Both the position numbers and the translations under genes were made by a program. The notes under the pieces were generated by a model, which saw only the letters and a list, made by a program, of their open reading frames with translations, ran no database searches and was not told the origin of the DNA. From positions 21,902,628 through 21,966,627 of the forward strand of contig OZ037767.1 of NCBI GenBank assembly GCA_964035545.1: 64,000 nucleotides of DNA, given 5' to 3'. The DNA is from Bugula neritina. Its lineage: Eukaryota; Animalia; Bryozoa. Shown piece by piece: positions 15,043 to 28,598 of the stretch (position 1 is the first letter of the stretch; the number at the start of each line of letters is the position of its first letter).

Positions 15043-15138
15043 CACCACAACCTTCACAACTAACACCACAACCTTTACAACTAACACCACAACCTTTACA
15101 ACTAACACCACCACCGCCACCACCACCACTACCACCAA
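15043..15138. repeat. Short tandem repeat (ACCACAACCTTTACAACTAAC)n grading into (CCA)n
   Basis: About 3 copies of a 21-nt unit followed by CCA triplets. Confidence 0.75.
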
Positions 15139-16016
15139 TTTGCAACACTTCTTTTTTTATTTAACATATACGCACGTATAAACATTGCTTGGCACTTGAA
15201 ATTAAATAAGTGCTTAGAACGGGCTGCTTTTCAACAGCTAAAAAAGCAGTAAAATGCAGCATGGCAGAACATGCGTTAAAATGAGTTCCCATTTTATAAA
15301 AATGAGGTGTAGTTAGAACAGGATTAGTGCTTGAAGAGTGCAAAGGCAACTTACCTAGATATCTTTCTTCTGAAGATTTGGAGACAACACAGTGGTGCTT
15401 TCTTAGCCCAACAATCTCGTTTATCACAAGACAGTCATTGTCTAGGTATATCCCTCCATATTCTCTTAGAACCTGAAAAAGGGACATGTAGTTTTTGGTT
15501 CCATGACTAAAGAACGAGTTTTTATATGGAACATAACTCTGTTCTTATAAAAAGATAAATTCACACCATATGCGATATTTATATATTATTCACTTCTGAC
15601 AGCCTAAGCTACTATAGCATACTTATAATGACAAAGACGAATATAATATTTAGTGGTTACTTTACATGAAATATATTAATATAAAGCTTGAATACACTCA
15701 TCACCTGTATTCTAGCTAAATCAGATGCATGCTGTACCCATTGAAATGGCTTTCCAAATATTGTGGCAGGTGGCTCTCTTTCTATTATCACAATTCTGCA
15801 GTAATCACATCATAACATAATTTATAGTAAAAACAGTTTGTATTTTGGTAAACATTAGCGCTGTGCTTTCAAATTGAATTGAACTGTAAGCATTTATATA
15901 TATTTTTTTGCACTTTTGTTATTTTACCTAATTTAGTATACACTCAAAGAGCTCAGTGTTTAGCCATTTTTCACAATTTAGCTGCAAATTTATATGAGTC
16001 TTAATTTTAATTTAAT

Positions 16017-16222
16017 GGGTAATTTAATTTTGCTCCATTTTCCTTGTTTGTGTCCTAATTATTAGGCTAATTCGAAGTTAGTGATTGCCACAAGAATCCA
16101 TCAGGGTCTGCAAATTTGAATTAACTGATTGAATAGGAAAAAACATGGGAAATCAAGCACAACGGAAAAAAATATTGTTTATTGATTTGTATTTTTCAAA
16201 CTACTGTTAGTTTAGAGCAAAA

Positions 16223-16306
<84 letters not shown>

Positions 16307-16429
16307 TTATATACATTTATACACATTCGTATACATTTGTATACATTTGTATACATTAGCAGCTAAATTGTGTAAAAAGGTAGCCAAAATCTAAAAACTT
16401 CAATGTGTACTACTTAAGTAAAATGACCC
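16017..16429. mobile_element. MITE family with GGGTCATTT...AAATGACCC ends (copy 1, contains a TA tract)
   Basis: Shares ends and internal motifs (ttagtttagagcaaa, ttagcagctaaatt) with copies at 47922, ~53098 and 63122. Confidence 0.55.
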
Positions 16430-19400
16430 ATTTTCAACTTCTATTAATTAAAAAGATATAAAAAGCATTTGACTATTAGGTTATCGAAATTTCAAACAAC
16501 ATGTTTAGTTTATTATGTAATGCATAAGTGATCTCAACCTTTGATCTGTCTTTATTTCATCCCAGTACATTCCTGTTGGTGGAGAATTCGTGTGAATGTA
16601 TACTTTGTCAGCTTAGCCCCTTTTTATAGCTGACATTATCCCCAGCATTTCATAAAATTTCATTTCAGACTGGTTGAATCTGCAATTAAAAATAATATAC
16701 ACTGTATAACAATATCTATAATTCCAAGTACAAAAATGTGTTTGAGCGTACAACATTATTTGAATTTTAAATTATGATTTATTCTGTATTATTTGGTGCC
16801 ATATTATTGAAACCAGATTTTGTAGCAGTTGTATTTAGCAGTACATACGCGATAAACAAACCACTAAGAAAAATACTTCAAATGCGTTTTTTTTTAAAAC
16901 CATCAACTAAGAAATACTTCTATTAAAATTATTGAATATACCATTAAAATATTTCTCTCCCAAAAGAACAACAATATAGCATAATTTTGATTCCAGTTTC
17001 TGTCAAATTTCAAAAATTTTATGGCACTGCTTTATATATAACAGAGATTAAAGTATTGACCTACTGAGGGGCACAACTCTTAATTAGATATAGACTATCA
17101 AAGAATATGGGAAAAAGTTCATTTACATGCATATTCCATGCTCACAGAGTAAGCTTCTAAAATACATTAAAAAGTTATATTTTGTTTACGAACAACTTCA
17201 TTGTTCACTGCTGTGCACCTGTCCTCACTTACTCTTCAGTTTATTGATCAAGAGGAGTAGTTTGCATAACAAAGCTTAAAGAAGGAATTCATAACTACAG
17301 GAAAAGTGTTGGTTAGTATTACATGATGCATTCTAACACATATCACATTGTGCATAGCGCAGTTAAGGAGGTATATTTCATATATGTTACCTTATAAAGT
17401 GGTATATATTTGGTATTATTGGTTGTTCTGTAGATATAAGATCATTGATAATTGTCCCATTGGCTTTAAGTTCATGATACATCTTAGATATAGCCTTAGC
17501 TACATGGGGCTTTACTTGTTCATGAAACTTTTCTGTTGGTACTGGGTTTACAGGCTACAACATGCCATTGCAGCTCATAATAAACTTATAAACTTAGCAC
17601 TGCAATATGTCTTAACAGTAGTTAAAATACTAAATTTAACCATCTATAGTAAAAGTATCCCATCAAAGAGTGTCATGAATTCTAAATAGATGACCCCTAA
17701 TTTTTTAATTAGTTTTCTTTCTTAACATTGATTAATTATTAGGGCTTTTTCATGTTGAATTTTGATTTGTTAAAATGTATTGCCACAAAATAGGCTACAC
17801 GTATGCAGCTATTGAAAAGTTTACTGCTGCATGTTTAGCTTTACTTAGCATAGGCTATAATTGATGCATTCTAAAACAATTTATTCTGTAAATTGTTTGT
17901 AAAACAGCCTTTCTGAAAAAAAAAACCTTAAAAACCAGTTGAAGATACAACCTAAATATTTAGGCTGGTGAGCCAAAATTGTTGCGCAGCTTACATAAGG
18001 TCATGCATGCAACCACCAACTGATTCAAAGTCACAACCTCTCCATTGTTGTTCTATATCAAATAGTAGCCCTCAAATATATTAAAAACTTAGGCTATATG
18101 CAAGCTAGAAACAAAATTCAAAAAGCATCTTGTGTATCTTTTTACGGTTTTTAAAAGCTTTTCAAAATTTTATTTAGCTTGAATTTCTATCCTTCAGACC
18201 TCAAAAGGAGTGGATTTTAAGCATTTTTGGTAAAAATAACAAGGTGTTAGTATCCCCAATAAAAATGCCCACAGCTCAACTTCAGCCGCAACTTTTTTGT
18301 TGTAGCTAACTATGAATTAGTAAGTAATTAGTTAATTTTTTAATATATTTACTTTTTCTTCTCTAATTTCTTTTTTTATTGTTGTCACATTCCTAATGTT
18401 GAAACAATTTTCCACTTTGCTGCCTTCATCCACGGTACCAATAGGGAAAGTTGGTTTATACTTCAGAGTTACGGCGATGGTAATTATTGTCAGGCACACT
18501 GAGGTTACGAGAAACTTTAGGTTTGAACGCATGGTTGATGCAAGATCTGCAAAATGAGGTTTATCCGGGACTTAGAGCGTACATTAACGAAGCTTTACAA
18601 GGCATATTATTTTAATACTATAGCCTTGAAAATTATTAGAGCGTTATATTAACAATATTGCAAACTGCGTTACACCAGATATAGCAGCAACAATCACACA
18701 AATATTGCATTGGAGCTAAACTAGCACGAAAAAATGTTTAATTTATTAAAATATAACTTAACTATATATAGCTGCTCAAACATGCATAGGCTTGGAAAGT
18801 GTCTCACATTTTCATTTTGCACTACGTATTGGGCTAACTTTAATAACTATAACAACTTATAGTTTTTTGCAGCTTCTTACTTGCTAAATAGGCTTTAGCC
18901 AAACTGCAAAACTGCACCTAGTAGGCTTATAAGACTGCTTTGGATGAATTGGAAACCGGAAACTACCACCATTGCTGTCGATAACATATTGTGATAAACT
19001 TGTGGGTTGAATGCAATTTAAGTATGCAACATATCTCTTTGTAAGAGAGAACAAGAAATGATGTATTCGCTGATAGTAGCAATCTTTATTGATGATAAAA
19101 AATAGAGGTCCTCCACGAGCGAGCTCCAGTAGAAGACTGAACTACACTGGAACTCGCTTGCTTTTATATACATGGAACAAAAGAAAATGATTCTTTTGTT
19201 GTCCAAAATCGGAGGTCCAAAACGCCGGATATTCGGCATTTCGGGAGTCCGAAATGCCGATTTCGGGCAACATTAGTAAAAATTACATGGTAAGCATAAT
19301 TCCACAACACACACCCCCTATTGGAAACCATGCTTTTCGATAAAGAGATAAAAGAACATTATTGACAAAGTACATATGCATAAAAAACTAGAGTAAAATC

Positions 19401-19500
19401 GTAAAAGAAGTAAAGAAATATGAGAGTAAATACATTTAAGATAAAATAATAAAAAAAACAAAGCACACCACACCCCACCACCAATGTCTATTAACTGTTA

Positions 19501-20308
19501 CTATTGGTGCTGATCACTCCTGTTCTGTTCTAGACGGTTAACGCGTCTCCGTAACTGTGTCAGCTCCTCCTTACACTGTCGTAGCTGCCGCCGTAAGTGC
19601 TGCACCTCTTCGAGTTGGGGCTGAGGACGGGAGTTGGTAGCGTCACGCCTTGGTCTCTGTCTGCTGCCCGCCGCTGAGGGCCGAGGGCCCATGTCCGATA
19701 CATCGGGCCTGGCGTTCGCACCGACCCGTGCCAGCACAACCCAAAGAGGCGGGGTGGCCGCTGGTTAGTGAGCAGCGGCGGGCTCTCCGTCTTCTTCTTG
19801 GATGGGCCGGCACACTGGAAACCCCTGGCCGAGAGCGGCACGTTTCTGGGGATCCGCAACGTGTGGGAAGATCAAGTCTCGGAATTTCGGGAAAGCGGCC
19901 TTGTCTACCACAAACGTATGGCCTGTGTGGCAGCGCGATATGCGCTCGTGGCGCAGCATGTAATAGCGCTGATAAGAATATTCGCCACACGGGCAGAATA
20001 CGTGTACGTAATGCTGAGGGGCGTGTACCCGCAGCCGCCGTGTAGAAGAAAATTTCCTCTTACACTGGTGGCAGATGTGGTTGCCCGACTCTCCGCATGC
20101 CTGGCCAACCCGGAGATTGGTGTCCCGGGACAACCAATTCTGGCGGGCGACCAAGGCCCAAGGCCCAAGGCAGGACCAGCATTGGGGGGTCTTCCTCATC
20201 ATCTTCCGCTAGGCAGGGCTCACCGAGTAGTATGCCCTGCTCTTCTCCTGCAACTAGCTGAAGCTCTACAGAGTTGGGGACAAGGCCACTAACGCTGGTG
20301 GAAAGCAC
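19501..20308 (-). pseudogene. Accessory ORF of Gypsy element 2: C2H2-type zinc fingers plus C-terminal coiled coil
   Basis: CHQCKRKFSSTRRLRVHAPQH and CPCGEYSYQRYYMLRHERISRCH; in frame across one TAA with LEEVQHLRRQLRQCKEELTQLRRRVNRLEQ. Confidence 0.7.
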
Positions 20309-23300
20309 CTCTGTGGTCAGAGCGGCGCCCTGCAGGCTGCTGGCAGCAGAAACAGGGGCCTGGCTAGGAGGGGAGTCAACACGTCTTGCTTCCTCCTCCT
20401 TGCACTCATAGCAGAGCCTACAACAGGTAGCAGAGACCGTGTAAGGTCGGTCTCGCTATCGTCGAAATTCGGCAGTTGTTTGTATGGCACTCTGTGGGAA
20501 ACCGGAGGCCGAGGTGAGTCACAGAGAGTGACCGACCCCACATCTTGATCTAACAAGAAGTCGTGGAAAGAGTCATCTCTTAGATCCACGTCAACCTCGG
20601 GTTCCAACAGAGTAGATTCAAAAGAATCTAGTATTGCCCAATCAACAGTATTTGGGTTAGACCCCGATACCGGAGGATCTAACCCTAACCAAATACCTGA
20701 CTGTGTGGTAGTCTCCTCGACTAGAGTGATTCCCATGTTGACAAATTTCAAATTATTTTTAGTTCTATTAGAGAATTCAGAATTACGTGTGACCCTTGTG
20801 TCGTTACTAGTAGAAATGGCAAAGCCTCGAGTTTTAAAATTTCTACCTGCCGAGTCGTCGGTCACGTGGCCAGTTGGAATTCCAATTGAATTTCGAAGGA
20901 CCAACTCAGACGATCGCGTGCCCTCCGAAATTCGGTTTGAGATTTCTTCTTCTTGGTAGAATTCTCCGGAGTACTGAAGGGAATTTCCAACCAAGGGAGG
21001 ATAGTTGTCCGCGCTGGATGGACTACCACTCTGGGATGGTAGCTTTTAGATGTCCTACATGGTAATCAGCCAGATATCTGGGTGGTTTCCTATCTCTCTG
21101 ACTTCTCCCTAGAGAGGCCGGCTCTTGTACCAGTGGCTTTTCAGCTGCCAAGGTAGGGGTCCTCGCCTTCACCCGTACTGCGGGTGAGGGCGTCCTCCAC
21201 TGGTGGGGGTGCTGGCTGTTGTCGTTCTTGTCGTTGTTGCTGTTCCAGTTGTTCCAGCAGAAAAGATTGTTCTTGCTCCGGTCTCCTCCGGACAAAGATT
21301 TCTACTTCTCTGGATTGGGTTATTCTCCCCCGATGATTAGGTTGGCAGTTGGGCTCCGGGAGGGGTGGAGCCTGTCCTACCGCGTCTGGGCTGGCATGGT
21401 TTGGTTTCAAGCGCTGCTCGCTCTGGACTGAAGTTTGCCCAGAACGCTCCACACGGTATGTGTGGTTAGGCAGCACTTCCACTATGCAGTAGGACCCATA
21501 AACCTGGGCTGAAACTTAGCCAACTGTCCGCAACGCCTATGATAACTCACCATCCACACCCAGTCTCCCACCTGGTACAAGGGGAGCTTTTCCGAGTCTT
21601 CCGTCCGGATCTGCCATTGCTGTGTCTGCAGTGCATCATGAGCCTTGCCCATGATCTCTATTAGTTTCCCCACGTACTCATGTACTGGGGACTCGGGAGC
21701 TAGAACATGGTATGTCAGGTGTTCCGGAACCCGTGTCTCTCGCAAGAGTTTGGGGTCTCCTGTGTGCTGGAGTGTGGTGTGCTGCAGTAGGCTCGCATGA
21801 TTTGCGGCAGCACCACGTCTCATTCTTCTTGACCTCGACTGAGGAGCAGGCTCCTAAGGGCGTCACCCAACATCCTGTTGTTCCGTTCCACGACTCCGTT
21901 CCCTTGCGGGTGATATGGGGTGGTCCGACTCTGCATCACCCCCCATATTCGACAGAGGTCTCCCATGAACTGGGAATGGAACTGGGCGCCCTGGTCCGTA
22001 TGTATCTGTTCCGGTAACCAGAGATAGCAAAATACATATTGGTCCAAGGCCCGGGCCACTGTGAGGGCCGACGCATCTGGAATAGCCAGAGCGTCTGCCC
22101 ACCGAGTGAAGTGGTCCATGACCACCAGTATCCAGGTGTTCCCTCTGGCGGATAACATAACGGCATAGGCCCAACAAGGTCTACCGCCACTACTTGCCAT
22201 GGTCGACCAGCGTAAAGCCGGCGTCGACCAGTAGTTTCCGTGGGGCGGCCATGCTTACTAGCTTGGCAGACCTCGCACTGCCGTACCCGCAGTCGTACGC
22301 CTCGAGTCATTCCGGGCCAGTATCAATGCAGCTGCAGACACCTGATGATTCGACTGGCTCCAGCATGAGCCTGTTTATGGGTGTCCCAAATCAGTTCCCG
22401 TCGGAGGGCATGTGGACAGATGACGCAGTCTCTCTCCTGCTAATGGTTGTCTGCTGCTAGCGTTATCATCAGAAGGCCATCAGGACTGACTTTGAAGGAA
22501 TCCCAGCGACGGCAGAGGAGTTGGAACTCAACGTCTTCCTGCCGCTGCTGTTTCTCGCTAGGTTGTCGGTCCTTCTTTTTGGCCCGGAATATGTCTGCTA
22601 CTGCGCCGGGTAGCGTCTTCTTGAGTCGGCACAGTTCCTTGACATTCCGATACAGAGTGGGGTTGACACGAAGTGCCTGGATGTCATCTGAGTGGGTTTC
22701 GGTCTGAAGATGGCCGTGCTCCCACGTCAAGGTGAGCCGGTCCCCGGTCCCGCTTCTCGATGTGTAGGCATTGCTTGCAGTCGTTCACCGGCCGACGACT
22801 CATGCCGTCGGCATTACCGTGCTTCCGGCCAGCGCCGTGCTCTATCCGGTAGGAGAACTCAACAAGTATCTCCAGCCAACGAGCTACCTGGCTCGAAGGC
22901 TACGCCTGTCTACACAGCCATATCAGTGATGCATAGTCTGCTCGCAATTGGAATGTTCTCCCATACAGATATGGCCGAAAGTGCATGACCACCTTGACTA
23001 CTGCTAGGAGCTCCTTCCTAGTGGTGCAGTAGTTCTTCTCGGCGACCGCGAGAGTCTTGCTGTAGTAAGCCACAACCACCTCACTTCCACCCTGGACTTG
23101 GGATAGAACAGCTCCCACACTGTGGTCGCTGGCATCGGTGTCCAGGATATACTCTTTGGCTGGGTCAGGATACGCCAGAATTGGCGCCTCCATTAGCCGT
23201 TGCTTGAGGTAGTCAAATGCCTGCTGCTCCTCCTGTGTCCACTGCCACCAGACCCCCTTTGCGGTCAGCTGATTTAACGGCTGAGCCACCCCTGCAAAAC

Positions 23301-23567
23301 CAGGTATGTACTGCCGGTAGTACCCTACTAAGCCAAGGAATGCCCGCAACTCAGGGAAGTCGCGGGAGACAGCCTACTCCTTCACAGCCTGTACCTTCTC
23401 CGGGTTGGTAACGACCCCATCACGGCCAACCACATGGCCCAGGTATGTGATTTCCGGCTGCAAGAGTGCACACTTGGAGGGCTTCAACTTAAGTCCAGCT
23501 GCCCGGAAAAGGTCAAAGACCTCCCGCAGACGACTGACATGAGTCGAAAAGTCTGGGGAGATAACAG

Positions 23568-24323
23568 CACAGGATAGTTAAGGGCATCCTCACTAAGAAT
23601 ATCTTGAATTTCTCTCAAAATGTAGTTCAGGTTCTTGAATAATATTGCTCTGCAGGTGGCATGCATGTTGCCTACTTGCATTTGTTTAGCCCAAGATTAA
23701 ACTACAGCCAATGAGCAGCAACCTTCATTAGGGCTGCGTTATCTATCAACATTCCATTATGGGTGCTACATAAACAAAGTACAAAGCGAGCTATTTATAT
23801 TAGCCTGCCAGCTAGCAAGCCTATAATTAGCATGTACGCGCCAATATCTTCTCATCCCTAAGTGCTCATTGAAGCGTGAAGCACTGCGCGCTGCTAGTTT
23901 CTTATGAAAAAATATGGCATTTTCAGTGTATAAATCACCAATTTATGGGCAATCTAGCAGAGTTATTGAAAAATGAAAAAAATTTGCACTGGAGAAATAT
24001 CTCAGGATTCTAGCAGTGCAATTTTTATTCAGATATCATCTTTTGCTGCTGAGATATTTTACTGGTACTGAAAAGTCAGCTTTTCTGGCAAAATTGGCCA
24101 AAATTGGGCAGTTTTTTGTCTATAACTTTGCAAAAAAAATGAAAATTGAAATTTCCAAAAAAGTTGCACTGGGGAAAAACAAGATCTACAACATAGTTTT
24201 TAAATTTTGACTCTAGCACGATTAGGTGAGATTTTATTTTACTGGTACTGAATTCTTATATGATTACAATGCAAACCTCAGCAAGGCAGTTGCAGCTAAA
24301 AGGTTGCCCTTAACTATCCTGTG
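23568..24323. mobile_element. 756-bp MITE with 23-bp TIRs, CAC termini and 2-bp TSD (CMC/CACTA-like), inserted in the Gypsy RT
   Basis: TIR CACAGGATAGTTAAGGGCA(T/A)CCT at both ends; AG duplicated; removing it restores LIYLDDNTVISP. Confidence 0.9.
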
Positions 24324-26000
24324 AGTGTTGTCGTCCAGATAGATCAGGAAAGTCTTCCAGTGTAGTCTACTGAGGACCTGCTCCATGAGTCTTTAGAAAG
24401 TTGCCGGGGCAGACGCAAATCCAAATGACAGTATTTTTTATTTCCAGAGCTCGTCGCGAGTAATGAATGCTGCTTTGTCCTGGGCATCAGGACTGAGGGC
24501 ACTTGCCAGTACTCGCTTAGCAGATCCAGAGTACTAAAGTACTTGCTACCCGAGAGGGCGTCCAGGGACTTATCTATCCGTGAGAGAGGGTAGGCGTCCT
24601 GGATGGTAACGCTGTTGAGTCTGCGGTGGTCCACACAGAATCTCCAACCACCATCCTTCTTCTTGACTAGGGCTACTGGAGAGCTCCACACACCATTGGC
24701 AGGCTCAATCAGATCCTGGTCGAGAAGATCTTGCACCTGCCGACTCACCTCCTTTTCCTTCTCTGGGCCTAGACGTCGGGTCGGCTGCTTGATGGGAGCA
24801 GTGCCGGCTGCCAGGGGTATCTCGTGAGAGATAACCTTAGTCAGCCCCATGTTTCCATCGCCACGACTGAAGACATCACTGTACTCCGTGAGTAGTTGAG
24901 CCAGTGCTTGGCGTTTAGTACTACTCGTACAGTTACCACACGCTCCACCGTACAGGTCACCCACATTCTCCGGGACTGCTCCTCGACTGGTGCGAGGGGG
25001 TTTTCCCTGGGTGTCGGCCACTGTTTCTAGTGCCGGACCCATATCTGCCTCCTGGATGGAATGGTACTTCTCCACCAGCGCTCCGGCCGATAATCGGACA
25101 TGGGTTGATACACTGCACGAGGAGCTCTTTCCGACAGTTTAGCCAATTTAGGCTGTTTGCAAGTCGGATCGCTCCGTGCGTTCCTACCACCATTCCCAAG
25201 CCGACGATCGTTCTACAGTTGATTTTGCAGCGGAGAGTCGCCTGGGATTTTCCCGGAACCGTGCAGTCCCGCACTACCTGGACTCCGCCCACCAAGGGCC
25301 TGCCAAACGTGTCGACGCAGACAAGCTCCTTTCCAGCCATCACTACTGCCGACTTCTGGAAATCCATGTGACGCTGGTGTTTCTCCAGAAATGGCATTCT
25401 CAGGATGGCGTCCTCCTTTAGCTGGCTGACTACAAAGGTCTCGTGAATCACCTGATCACGAACGCGTCCAGGTAGCGTGATGATGCCGTAAAAAGGAATG
25501 CATGATCCGTCCACCAACATACCATGCGCACCTTCGTACGGCTCCAGGCTCGCCCACTCTTGGGCAACAAAAGTATCAAAGAAACGCCTAGTCAGCAGGT
25601 TTGTAGTGCACTCAGTATCCAGTAGGAATGTGGCAGCTTTACCCAAATTTTTTCCGGGCAGGAAGTAGCTGCTTCCATACGGCTGGGTGCTCCTGGAGCA
25701 GTTAGTCTCTGGGGGAGACATGACTTGGGTCCGCACAGCGGGCCTCCTTTTACCCTTAAAGACGACGACGGTTTTCTGAGGTCGGGGGGTAGTTTGGGGT
25801 ATTATTGCAAGTAAGCTGAATCTTTTTTCACAACCTCCTCGGGCAACCCCGCGAATCGGTTACGGAGTGGCCAGGCAGGAGGATCGGGTCGACCGTGAGG
25901 TCTCCGAGGTCTCCGAGGTGTCTGCCACTCAGTATTGGCAGACTTCGTAGGGGTTTTCTCGGTCCTCCTCTGAACCCTATTTCAAATGAGGTTGGTTTGA

Positions 26001-26044
26001 GGCCCACGGTCGGCGGAAGTTACCGTGAGCCGCGGGTGTTTAAA
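26001..26044 (-). promoter_or_regulatory. -1 ribosomal frameshift signal of Gypsy element 2
   Basis: Minus strand TTTAAAC-ACCCGC-GGCTCACGGT-aacttccgccg-ACCGTGGGCC, same architecture as element 3. Confidence 0.8.
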
Positions 26045-27964
26045 GGTAGCGGCCTTTCGGGCAGTGTCTCTTCACGTGCCCCGATACGCCACATCCCCAG
26101 CAGGTGAGCTGCGAGGGGCGGACAGGGTCATCCCGCGATTGGAGAGCTCGCCTATCTGCCTGGTCTTGCTACAATTTGGTCACCGTAGCCTGCAGGCCCT
26201 TCACCATGTTCATCAACATGGTGAGCTGCGTTTGCTCTGGTGACTTGGTCCTCGCGGCCGACACCTGTGGAGCAGGAAGCGTGGCTGTCTCTTCGTTTTC
26301 CTCGGCCACCCGGCGGGTGGTAAAACTCGCCCCTCAAAGCCCTTCTACCTGGAAATAGGCCTCACCCATCTCCAAGGCCTTTTCCAGACTGCTGACCTTG
26401 GCGGCCAGCCAGTAGCGCTGCAAATCGGGATCGTTTATGCTGCGGAAGAATGTGTTGTTTACCAGGCGTTTCTTCTCCAGGCCTGTGGTATGACTGAAAG
26501 CAGTCTGAGCCAGGCGTTCCTCCGCATTTGCGTGATCCTCCAAAGGCATCCTCCAGGTTCTCCTCATGGTTGGTAGTTGGTCTGAGGCCTCCTCGGCCTT
26601 CAGACAAAACCGGTCTTGAGGGCCCGCAGGATGTGAGCCTCATCGGGTCCAAGAGCAAAACTCTTGGCTCGGCCTGTCAAACAGGCTCGGAGTTGAAGGA
26701 TGTGCACCGACGCTGGCCATTCAGCGATGGTGGCCACATTTTCAAACTCACGGATGAACTGCTCGACATCTCTTTCACCTCCAAAAATTGGGGGCTTGAG
26801 GCGGTACCTGTCACCAGGTGGCGGCTGACTCGTCCCCTGCAGTTTTCTGAGGGCTGTCACCAGAGCCTCAATAGTGAGGGCTGATGTCTCTGGCACTCCA
26901 GGGGTTGTCCTCTCTCTCTCCCCTGGGGCCATCTTGTTCTCCTTAGCACTTAGTTATTCGGTAGCCCATCGCTGCCACCAATGTGATAAACTTGTGGGTC
27001 GAATGCAACTTAAGTGTGGAACATATCTCTTTGTAAGAGAAAACAAGAAATGATGTATTCGTTGATAGTAGCAATCTTTATTGATGATCAAAAATAAAGG
27101 TCCTCCACAAGCGAACTCCAGTAGTAGACTGAACTACACTGGAACTCGCTTGCTTTTATGTACATGGAACAAAAGAAAACGATTCTTTTGTTGTCCGAAA
27201 TCGGAGGTCCGAAACGCCGATTTTGGGCAACATTAGTAAAAATTACATGGTAAGCATAATTCCACAACAATATGCGAGATATAGTTAAGTTACACTGTGC
27301 AGAGCTTTTAATTGTATTTAAGTTTTACAGTGGGAGCTACCTAATCTTTGCAGTATTATTATTTTATGAACAGATAAAAATTTTAGAGCTACATGTGACA
27401 TGAATTTATATATTTTATGTTTTTAAAGCAGTCAAATGCTGTTTTGTCATATACATTTGTTATACTAAACAATATAATCCATATAGTGTGCAAGTATAAA
27501 ATTATCTGTTTGCAAAACAGAGCTAGAGATTACAGGTTGTTTTTATCTATAATATCCAATTTATATCATTCAATTTCTACCACCGCCACCACCGCCAAAT
27601 AATAATTATCATAAATTATTGGTGAGGCAACCTAGAAATGTATGCTTCTGCATTGCATGTATGTTTATCCAGCCGTAGTAACCTTGCTAACATTATTAAA
27701 ATAAAATAAATAAAAGCAAGTACTGTACTAACATGCACTATTAGAAAATATAAATACTTTTTAGTGGTATTTGCTTACCTCAATCTAGTTGTTGATGAGT
27801 TTGTTTTTGTTCAACGTCAAATGGCAGCCAAAACCTGATGTGATGTTCACTGTAAAAGATGAAAACTGATAATGATTATTTTTTATTCGTTACACTATCA
27901 CATGCAGCCAAAGGAATAAAATGCAATACAGCACAATTGTTCTAATCCTTTGTTTGGCTACCAT

Positions 27965-28598
27965 TATATCTTAGGATTCAAAAATCTTTTTGCATTGAGA
28001 ACTGATAAAGAAGCATTCAACTGCGAAATTGTTTACAAAATGAGAACTTAATGCCTGCGGACACCTACACAAGATATGTGACTAGCACGGGCAAAAGAAA
28101 TAGTTGTGACTAGAGACTACTACAATAGCAAATAATGAGTTAGTATGTTATATATGGGTTATACATCTTGAAACATGCAGTTGCCACACTATGCTACTAT
28201 TCACTATACAATATTAGGAATGTATCATAAATTCTAAATCTCAAAAGCAGGCCATACCAAAATTACTCAACTACATATTGTTTGCTTCATTATAAACATT
28301 ACTACAATAAAATATATACATAATTAAAATGATTACCAGCAAAAATCAACAAAACCCCAATGCCTATAGTAAACTATAAATCTTTAATGCAACCTTAGGA
28401 TAATTATCAACCAAGTGTTCAATGTTTACAAAGATATCAACTTTATTACTCACCAGTTTTACAGCTACATGGAGCTACTTGATGCTTATATAGTATTATT
28501 ATTTTATCAACTAATAAAAATTTGTAGAGCTATATACGTGACATGAAATTATATATTTTATCTTTTTAAAACAGTCAAAGTAAATAACCTTAACTTAG
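27965..28598 (+). repeat. Direct duplicate of ~1842-2478
   Basis: See partner; a ~60-bp sub-block recurs a third time at ~27378-27437. Confidence 0.9.

Larger units (their letters stand above)
11236..18532 (-). pseudogene. GT32-family alpha-1,4-glycosyltransferase (A4GALT/A4GNT-like), 7 coding exons, one in-frame TAA
   Basis: Exons 18532-18353, 17554-17391, 16679-16539, 15795-15705, 15472-15355, 12051-11875, 11444-11236; GT-AG introns with consistent phases; 360 codons; N-terminal TM anchor, IPNIYHFI, HASDLARIQVLREYGGIYLDND (DxD); TAA at 16613-16615 where the paralog has AAA. Confidence 0.82.
18990..27269 (-). mobile_element. Gypsy/Ty3 LTR retrotransposon 2, full length but decayed, with an extra 3' ORF
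   Basis: LTRs 18990-19309 and 26982-27269, ATAT TSD on both sides, PBS TGGTGGCAGCGATGGG (~26965-26980); gag 26932-26050, protease LLDTEC, RT, RNase H, integrase fragments. Confidence 0.96.

Noticed and set aside
16613-16615. GT32 in-frame stop as a recoding event
   Set aside because: It is TAA at a Lys position and I saw no SECIS; there is no basis for recoding
19501-20994. env gene in Gypsy element 2
   Set aside because: No signal peptide, fusion peptide or transmembrane segment in the translated frames
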